Shown here piece after piece: positions 34,778 to 43,871 of a stretch of 43,871 bases of DNA. The position numbers and the translations under genes are program-made. The number at the start of each line of letters is the position of its first letter. Within the stretch, counting starts at the first letter, position 1. The notes beneath the pieces were generated by a model. The model worked only from the letters and a program-made list of their open reading frames with translations, was not told the DNA's origin and did not search any database. Source of the DNA: Catajapyx aquilonaris. Its lineage: Eukaryota. The DNA is taken from the NCBI GenBank assembly GCA_000934665.2, contig KZ538187.1, forward strand, positions 62,001 to 105,871, written 5' to 3'.

Positions 34778-35601
34778 AATGTTATGAAATTATGATACGT
34801 TATTACACTACGTGGGATTCCATTACAATTTCGTATATTTTTACCAAAGAAGAGTGAAGATTTTTACGATCCTGTTTTTGTTGGAAACTAACCCCCATCT
34901 TCCTGAATACAATGACTTCATTTATTACTTTTCCGAGGGGATCATTTATTTTTGGAAGACTTGAGTACATACATTTCCAGGTGATTTACAACCTATAACA
35001 ATAATTTTCAAGTACTCTCATGTCATTAATACTTCAATTGCTTCCAAGTAGAAACTGAGAAATAATATAGTACTATCAGTGTGTCGTAAACAGTGCTGAA
35101 ACAGGGTACTGTGTACAGAGTGCGTACATTGCGGAATAGCACCGCTAGGTGATACATGTATACTGTAGAGATACATAATATCAACCTCTTACAACCATGA
35201 CCTTACCAAGTGGTTAAGTACTGTACGTAACATGTCATTTTTATGTCGCAATACTGTGTCATTTTGAAAAAAACTTTTCCTCCTGATAAGGACGAGATTC
35301 GCGTTAATAAGTCCCAAGGTCAATTAAACGAAACAAGATTTCCTCAGGTACAAAATGAGTATACCAAATATCCGGCGGACTTTTCCTTATCATTCCTTCG
35401 GCAGGTATAATCTAACACTCAGCGTCTTCTCACGTGAACCTACTACCTACTGCAGCCGTAAAAATGTAGGGAATGTGAATCCATCGTCTAACATTTTTGC
35501 CATGCTTGTAACTTGCGCCATGTGCAGCATTGTGAACTATCATAAAACTATGAAGATTGTCAGACGGTTTTAGATTTCTGCACCGCCACAGCGATTTTAT
35601 A

Positions 35602-36026
35602 CAGGGTGTATCTGATCTCAGTGCCCCGACATATATGACTGGCTTCCTAGCCACCAGAGGATCCACTTATGTAGAGGAGTCATTATGTCTGGGCAGCCTC
35701 ATTACTGAGATACACTCTTTAGCGATTTTTGCCTAATCGCTCCTTCTGACTTTTAAATAGAATTTTCTGGTGTAACTCGCCAAAGAGGCCTTACCACCTG
35801 TGGGCAACAAACCAACAAAGTCCGGCCCCCAGACCTTCCAGAGCCTTCTGACTGGGGGAGGGTTCGATGGGTGGCCTAACCGACAGGGTATTTTGTACTA
35901 CATGTTTGCGGCCAATTATCTCCGTAATGCGGCGGCCAAACATAATGACTCCTATACTTAAATCGATCCTCTGGTGGCTAGGAAGGCAGTCATATACGTC
36001 GGGGCACTGAGTTCAGATACACCCTG
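35602..36026. mobile_element. Mariner-type MITE (TA TSD, about 110-bp imperfect TIRs)
   Basis: TA|CAGGGTGTATCTGATCTCAGTGCCCCGACATATATGACTG... on the left and ...CAGTCATATACGTCGGGGCACTGAGTTCAGATACACCCTG|TA on the right. Confidence 0.9.
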
Positions 36027-36661
36027 TATATTGTTTTTTGATGATGATAACTACAATTACTCTATATTCGTACCTTATGAATAACTACTTCCACTTTTGC
36101 TTTAAAAATGCAATATTTTATTTCACATTGTTGAAGTATGTAGCAATCAAAAGATGGATATAATTTAACAATGCCTATAGTAAGACAATAATTCATCAGC
36201 GCCGAAGAATGTAATAATATTCTTACATAATGCCTCTCTCACTGGCCTAAAAAGCTAACGCGTAAAAGAATTATCGTGAAATCAGCTTACTTAATAATAC
36301 TTACGCGGCACACTCATATTGCGCACTGTGGCGGTAAGTAATTTATTGTTTACTCAAACCACTCAACTCTGTGATTTTTTCCAACTTTTCCTTATTAGAT
36401 AACTGGGAGAAGGTCGGCTTGAAATGTCACCTGTAACATCTGTGCAATCACATATGATTATCTATTGAACTATAATGATTGTTCGGAAACAAAAGCGATA
36501 ACTGACTGCGATAGTTTCCAGTTCAATCCGATATTATGTGCGATCTATTACGACATTAAGACGTGTTGCTGTAGGCTATTGCGCACTTGGCCATTGTTTA
36601 TCACACTTCTTCCACAACACTTTACCATTAATTTTTTTGGCCGATACACGTTAAAGAGAAC

Positions 36662-38345
36662 ATGATGAACATTGTCATTTGCACAACACTTCTGGTTGTA
36701 AGTTTAGCAGTAATAATAACAGCGTATAATGGTACAGTTTTATGATCAGTTTCCTATCTTTCAGCTGATAAGCATTAGCTGCGTCTGGACTAAAGGGTAA
36801 TTTTTATGCTCTACATCTAGTTATAAAATTAATTATTACTGTCGTTATTATGTGGTACAAAATTCAATCGTTTTTTCAGATATGCAACTCCTACTCAACA
36901 TGTAGGTGAAATGGAACCAACTTTCTTTTGTGACTCTACAAATGCTCTCCGCCCTCACCCAGACGATTCCAAGACGTTTTACGTCTGTGCGGAAGCAATC
37001 AAAGGCCCTAGATATTTTCAATATTCCTGCCCTGAAGGCACGGAATTTGACACCAAGCTAAACTCATGCACTCCTGCGCATGACACGGTATGTAAATAAT
37101 TCTTGTTGCATAATAATAATTATTATTAACTATTAGTACCAATTGTGAGATAGGTTACATAATTACGAAATATGAATTGTATAAGCAGCCTATGGATCAC
37201 GTAATCAGGACTGATCACTGCTAATTCAGATTGCGCACACTTCACCTGTAATCTCTTACTGAGTCGCCTTTTACACGCGACAACAAATAACAAATTTTAA
37301 AAGATGAAACAGCACACCTTCAATGTTCTGTTTTGTTTTTATTTCCTTCAAGGACCCTGGCCATCTACCAAAGTTGAAAGAACGACCTTTGGCAGAAGCA
37401 GTGTTGTCACAACAATGCACAATAGGAGAACTGCATTGTACTAACTGTAGTTATTTCCAAATATGCGTTTCGAATGAAGGCGGTAACGGGACACACGATA
37501 TTGACCTCCCATGTCCAAGGGACACATTTTGTGACCCCAACGACGGCGTATGCAAATCGCGTGTTCCGGCTTGTCAGGACGAGAACCCATTCCAATGTGG
37601 AAGCGACGGTACATTTCCAGACACCACCAATTGCGGAATATACCACGTTTGCTTCAATGGATCAGACACCGCTTATAACTGTCCAGACGGCAAAGCATTC
37701 AACCCTGGAACTTTGCTGTGTGACAGAACAAAAGACCAGACAACCTGCTACCAATCAATAGCCAGCTTGCCAAAATATCATGTGCGGGGTGACTGCCTCT
37801 CGTACTACCAAGTGATGGTCAGTCGACTCGACCACGAGATGCTTGTAAGCACATTCTTTAGCTGTGGTCCAGGAGAAGCTTTTGCTGTGAATGATGATCC
37901 GACCAAAAGCTACTGCGAAAGAAATGTATCGAAAGTGACCGATTTCAACTGTCGTATTCAGCTAGCAGAGGCAGGAGTGGTTTGCTTCGAGCCTGGAATA
38001 AATTTTAGGCCAGGTAATGAGTGCCCTACTAAGGCTTATTACTGCGGGAAACAACTGGATCTGCTCGGAGTAGTGAGTTGTCCCGAGGGCCAAGGTTTTA
38101 TCGACAGTACGGACTGCAAAGACTTTGAAGAAGTAAAGGGCTGCCAAACTCTCTGCCAAAAGGGACAGAAAGAAATGGCAAATCTTGACGATTGTACAAC
38201 ATATTTTGAGTGCGGCAATGTCACGGCTGTCCCTGTTGTCACCAAGTGTGGCAGCAACAAAGCTTTTAATACTGCTACAGGACATTGTGACCATATTGAC
38301 AACGTTCCGCGTTGTAAGAAACAGGTTCATCCCTCTACTTATTAA
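36662..38345 (+). CDS. Secreted multi-domain chitin-binding (CBM14/peritrophin-A) protein, gene B, about 422 aa, 6 domains
   Basis: Exons are 36662-36697 (MMNIVICTTLLV), 36765-36796 (LISISCVWTKG), 36880-37087 and 37353-38345, with phases 0/2/0 and a total of 1269 nt. It is paralogous to genes A and C (FQCGSDGTFPDTTNCGIYHVC; QLAEAGVVCFEPGINFRPGNECPTKAYYC). Confidence 0.88.
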
Positions 38346-39307
38346 TATAATCGAAACACTTGATAAGCAGCAAATAAGAATCGCAACCTATCAGCTGCTA
38401 TCCCACATAATTTTTTGGTAATTTTGCTTGTCTTTGCGATGCGCCCCGGCTTGTGACTAAGTTTGTATGCTGCATGAGTGTCGCAATGAATCTCTGATAT
38501 TATAATTATTACAACATAAAAACTGTAAATTTGTGCAGGTGTCTTGAAATCATTGTAAACAATCGGATTGGGAAAATTGTTATGACAAATAAATCGACTT
38601 TTAATTATCTGTAATCATTATCATTCCCTTGATCAACACTTGTCATCACTATAGCCCTTCATAGTACCAACCCAAATAGATATAGGTGATGGAGCATTAG
38701 CGTAGAGATAAATAGGAGGTAGTAAGCATATTCCTTCTCATTATTCTGGCCTAGACAGTCTCCCGGCTAGTATATTGCGTAATTTAGGAAACTGTACATG
38801 CATAAAGAGTAACTTTCTTGACATTTGAACAGATAATAAATGTAAGATCTCCTCCCAAGTTGTGAAAAGTTACTGCTATAGCAATGTGCAGTCTTTATCC
38901 TGATTATTGTGGGTATTTTCCAATATACCGGTATACAAGTAGGAGTCTCTCATTTGTTCATGCTAGAAAAAACAGAATGTTTAAAAAAACACCCACAGTC
39001 TGATTTTAAATATTCTCTGTTGTGAGACATATACCTTGAGTTTATTACTGTATTTTAAATGAAGTGTATTAGAAACAATATATTCCATATTCAGTACTCC
39101 GAGGTTGGTTCATATGTTGATGTGGATTTTTGTTTCCGCTGCCACAAAAAGCATGAGATACGGTACCTTATACTTCTTATACGTGTGTTCGTAACATATT
39201 TGCGCGATAACATTGATCTTCAATAAGCCTGAAGTACCTAAAAGCTATTGCACAAATGATACGCAACAGGTCAACAGGTGATACGAATCAATGCCGTATA
39301 TAGCACT

Positions 39308-39314
39308 TATATAA
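39308..39314 (+). promoter_or_regulatory. Candidate TATA box of gene C
   Basis: TATATAA about 60 nt upstream of the ATG at 39371. Confidence 0.35.
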
Positions 39315-39370
39315 CCTACACCAATCACCTGTTCTCATCTTTAAAAATCACTAGTGTTTCAGAAAGCAAG

Positions 39371-42300
39371 ATGGGCGTCTCGACGTGGATTACTACTTTG
39401 ATGGTTTGAAAGCTTCATTACTTTTCAATATTTAAATACTGCAATATACCAAATATGGCTCTTTTTTTCAGGTCCTCAGCTTATGCTACTCAGTCAGGGC
39501 AGTAGGGTATGTCATACCACCCTTAAACAAATCCTTCACTTCAAATGCCACAGTAGTCATATCCTACTTCCAACTACACTATATGTTATCAGATCAGGTA
39601 TTATTACCACTACAATATAATATTATCATCATATATTTCAGAATTAAAGGAAACGAGAATGGCTTCGAGGAATCCACCTTAAGCTCTGATCCTGCAGACT
39701 GTCACTCGTTCTACGCCTTCTCCAACGGACCCTATTCCTGCCCTGAAGGCAAGATGTTTGATCCAGAACTTCATGTCTGCGTTGAGGAGGATGAACTGGT
39801 ATGTGTATGCATAAGATCATAATTATCCTAGCCGTATGTCGCCTCTGTTCATTATGTTCCTATACATGGAGGGATTGGAAGACAATACTGTATCTATATT
39901 ATAATTTATTTTGTAACCTGATTCAGGAAATGATAGCCACGCGAGACACTAAAACCTTCCACAAGAGCTGCTACCGTATATTCTTTTTGCAATACGGTAC
40001 TCTTATAACATTCCATGCATATGGATTTTATCCTCAGAAGGAGGTCCACACTACCCAAATTATTATTATTATTATTATCCTCTTTACTGGTCCATGAAAG
40101 TATTGCTGCACTAAACAAGGCTTTAGTATCACATATGGTATAAACTGGGTATATGTGCATGTAATTATGCCCTTCTCTGAATGACTACTAGTCCAGTGCT
40201 TCCCGAACTTTTCCATTGGCGACTACAGAAAATCGTCTCGTAAAATTCGCGACCCCCACTTCCACTTCAACTCTACCACCCCGTGGTAGTCAATGACAAA
40301 CATCAATAAATTAATATTCTCGTTTAGAGGCATATTTTTACAGAGAGATATGATCATTTTGTAAAAATAATTTGTTATCCTCCCTTGCGACACCAAATAA
40401 TTATTATGTTCGCGACCCTATTTTGGGTCGCGACCCTCAGTTTTGGAGGCCCTGTTCTAGTCTCATCAAATAAATTTCAATATACCATACTTTCGTGTCA
40501 CAATTTGCCATAAAATTGCTTATATAGGGCCAGGTAATTTGTAGAGTACACGAGAAGAGTGAGCACAGGAAATAGAGAAATTTCCACTAAAAATATTCAT
40601 AAAAATATACCTTTAAAACACATTTATAATTGTGATAGTTCATATAAGATAATACATCTTTATGTAACGTTTAGAATTTGCTAAGGACAAGGGTGGGATC
40701 TCACGGGATTTACGCATGTAAACTTATTTTTTATTGCAAGTGAACCATAATAATATGGTCGCGTCAGTCATTTTGTGCAGCAAAACTAGTATTGTTTACT
40801 ACCTTCATCGTTCAACAATTAGAAGACAGAAGTGAAAGCTATGGTATAACTACTAATACCTAATGGTGAGTCAACTTGTTTATGTAGGGAGGAGTCAGTG
40901 AGTAACATCTCATTTCTGTGTATGATGGTGCAGGACACTGACACATCATGCTTAGTAATAACTTGTACCGGAAGGTCCTATGCAATAAATGTTGCACAAT
41001 GCAGTGTTGAATATTGGAAAATCACACAACCGTATACGCAGGGTGTTCCGATTGAAATTTCCGCTTTGGGTATAAATTTTTCAGACCTATAATCTGATTA
41101 TTTGCAATCAGTGATTGGTAAATTCAGAACTTGGACAAACGATAAAGAATACTTTTCATAACCACTAAAAGTTACTACAGTATATTCAAAAGGACAGCTT
41201 AAAAGCCTGTGTCTATAATGACTATTTCAAGTGCACCCCGCTGCATATGTAATCTTATAATGTTTCTTGCAATCATGGTAATGCGAGAAAGATTTTCTTA
41301 AATGTCATCAAATATTATATGCTGGTAATCCAATACCGATGACATTTCTTTTAGGACCCGTGCAATCCAAAGCCTGCAGACACGATATGGAATGTTTATG
41401 CTCCAATGGCCGATGCATGTACCAACAAAACAGTGGGATCAACAACCTGCGCAAACTGCAGCTATTTTGGCGTTTGCCTTCCGTCAGGGCCTAGTTATGC
41501 CTTTCAGTATTACGCGTGCACTAATGGGCAGTCCTGCAATGAATATTCAAAACCTCCATCATGCCAAGACAACGTTCCACAATGCCAGGATAATCCATTC
41601 CAATGCGGAGGAGACGGGATGTATCCGGACACCCACAACTGTGCCATCCACCACACTTGCACGGGCAAGGTAGACAAGCCTGGCACCTGCAATGGTTCCA
41701 GCTCCGCATTTAATCCAGGGTCGCAGCTCTGCGACGCACCTAAGAATCCCAAAACTTGCAATGTGCCAATTGCTATATGTGACAAGCTGACTCCCTCTAC
41801 TCTTAGGCTAAAAATCACAGGAGACTGTCTCGGATATTACATGTGTACTCCAAATACATTCACTAACAAAACACGTCTAGCAGGCACCTACTTCAGTTGC
41901 CCTGATGGTCAGTCTTTCATTGAAAACACCTCCGATAAAACAAAAAGCGATTGCAGCGACGATATGTCACAGGTGAAGGACCTTCAATGCCAAATACAAC
42001 TTGCAGACACGGGAGTAGTCTGCTTCAAGGCAGGATTAAACACAAGACCAGGTAACCAGTGTCCCACAAAAGCCCACTATTGCAGTCGGGATTATGAAGT
42101 TCTTGGGAATATTACCTGCCATAACGATGGACAAAGTTTTTATAATGGAGATTGTTTTGATTTTTCAAGCGTACCTGGTTGCAAGAATATTTGCAACAGT
42201 GGCGCAAGCAAGGTGCAGAATCTAGATGACTGTCACACTTACTTTAAGTGTGACAGTCCATCGGCTCTTCCTGTGGTTACCAAATGTGATGGCACAAAAG

Positions 42301-42374
42301 GCTTCAATAATGAAACTAAAGCATGTGAAGATAACGTGCCACGTTGTCACACCACATCTGTACTATTGTACTAA
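39371..42374 (+). CDS. Secreted multi-domain chitin-binding (CBM14/peritrophin-A) protein, gene C, about 414 aa, 6 domains
   Basis: Exons are 39371-39403 (MGVSTWITTLM), 39472-39506 (VLSLCYSVRAVG), 39642-39798 and 41355-42374, with phases 0/2/0 and a total of 1245 nt. It is a close paralogue of gene B (QLADTGVVCFKAGLNTRPGNQCPTKAHYC; NLDDCHTYFKC...PVVTKC). AATAAA lies at 42470-42475. Confidence 0.88.
40194..40454. mobile_element. hAT (Charlie-like) MITE in intron 3 of gene C
   Basis: Termini CAGTGCTTCCCGAACT and AGTTTTGGAGGCCCTG, a subterminal GGGTCGCGACCC palindrome, and 8-bp TSD-like flanks TACTAGTC (40186-40193) and TTCTAGTC (40455-40462). Confidence 0.75.
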
Positions 42375-42854
42375 TCTTACTGGCAGGGAAGTATGCAGTG
42401 TGAACCAAAACGATACAAAATGTACATTGTAGTAATGTTCGCAAGATGTAATAGTACACTTAATGTTTAAATAAAATGCTGCAGTGGCTGTAAAGAGGTA
42501 TTTTTTCTGTTTGCACTCTATTAACAAAAATCACCACTAAAACCTGAAGGACACCACCTGACATATCCAGTCTAATTACTTATTCATTACGTCATGACCA
42601 ACGGAACAACGGAAAGGACAAGAAGTGTCCGGACCGGATCTATAAGAGTAAGCTTTCTTGCACCAAAAAATGTAGCAGCATTGGCCATTTCAGCTGAACC
42701 AAAAACTAAAATTGCCATCAAAAAATGATAGCTCATCCTGAGGCGATGACGCGATTAGTCGCTCTTGCGCCATTATGACGTCAGAAACCTATTTTTGATA
42801 CTGCTATTATAATTTTCACATAGTTAAATATCTGATGCGTTGTCAATAGTCCGG

Positions 42855-43591
42855 GCCCTAAGCGCAAAAATCAGGCCTAACCTTGCACTTTGTGAGAAAA
42901 AGGTGCCACTTGGCATATGTGTTCCTTAGGCCTATAGGAGCAATTCCAGAGTCGCAGGCAACTGATCGGCCCCTTAGGTCACGAGTTATGCGGTGTTGCC
43001 AACATGGCCTGGGATGACCTGAGCGTTTTTAACGTTGCACTTCGTGATAGGAAGGTGCCACTTGGCAGACATGTTCCCTAGGTCCGTAGGAGTCGTTTGA
43101 GAGATGGCGGCACTTGATCGGGTCCTTAGGTGAGGAGTTATGCGGTGTTGCCAACCTGGTCCTGGACCCAAGCGTTTTGTACCATTTTTAACTTTGCATT
43201 TTGGGATAAGATGGTGCCACTTCGCACATACGTTCCTTAAGCCTATAGGAGCAATTCCAGAGTTGCAGGCAACTGATCGGCCCCTTAGGTCGCGAGTTAT
43301 GCGGTGTTGCCAACCTGATAAGGGAACTAAGCGTTTTAACTCGGCACTTTGTGATAGGAAGGTGCCACTTGGCAGACATGTTCCCTAGGTCTGTAGGAGT
43401 CGTTTGAGAGATGGCGGCACTTGATCGGCTCCTTAGGTCAGGAGTTATGCGGTGTTACCAACCTTGTCCTGGACCAAAGCATTTTGTACCATTTTTAACT
43501 TTGCATTTTGGGATAAGAAGGTGCCACTTGGCACATACGTTCCTTAGGCCTATAGAAGCAATTCCAGAGTTGCAGGCAACTGATCGGCCCC
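42855..43591. repeat. Higher-order tandem repeat with alternating units of about 150-160 bp (ABABA; dimer about 307-311 bp)
   Basis: GGTGCCACTT anchors at 42902 (A), 43054 (B), 43213 (A), 43361 (B) and 43520 (A). Confidence 0.9.
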
Positions 43592-43871
43592 TCCCTCCAA
43601 ATCCAAATAGGTTTATACCTGTCAAAAAGGATGAAAATCCCCTACCAAAATTTGACATTGCCACGAGCTCGCAGTGAGGTCGTGTGGACCTTGCAACCTC
43701 GCATGGAGCTCGCAATCACATCGTGCCACCTCGCAGACCGGATTACTGAACAAATGTTCAAAACTTTCACCTCCAGCTCGTGGGAAGTGACCTCGCCGCG
43801 AGCTCGCGTTTTACGACCTCGCCCGTAGGTCGCAAATTGCGATGTATGCGCGAACTTATTGGCTCCTGGCA

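Noticed and set aside
42855..43591. CRISPR-like array
   Set aside because: The context is eukaryotic, and whole units including the supposed spacers are repeated, so it is a tandem satellite.

Overview
Eukaryotic, intron-containing arthropod DNA, very probably hexapod/insect (NPLP1 gene, (TTAGG)n motif, tRNA-derived SINEs). Most ORFs in the supplied track are spurious, and the real genes have to be spliced together. Left half: a complete 7-exon neuropeptide-like precursor 1 gene (Nplp1, + strand, 3003-16614, about 539 aa) with 13 (H/Q/F/N/Y)(I/L/V)(G/A/S/Q)SLAR-type paracopies, a probable GC-AG intron and a C-terminal peptide that ends in RFamide. Right half: a cluster of secreted CBM14/peritrophin-A (ChtBD2) chitin-binding genes that appears to be evolving by birth and death. 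It holds three paralogues on + (A 21263-23199, B 36662-38345, C 39371-42374), a mucin-type gene on - (D 28667-23724) and two decayed copies (about 19049-20230 and 32700-33160). All four intact genes split their signal peptide over two micro-exons with the same intron phases. Three domains have lost cysteines in exact disulfide-partner pairs. Between the genes lie SINEs that appear to share heads and tails, several MITEs (piggyBac-, mariner- and hAT-like), a nested element carrying TTAGG repeats, and an ABABA higher-order tandem repeat. All gene models were deduced by hand from splice signals and reading-frame phase, and none has been checked against transcripts or databases.
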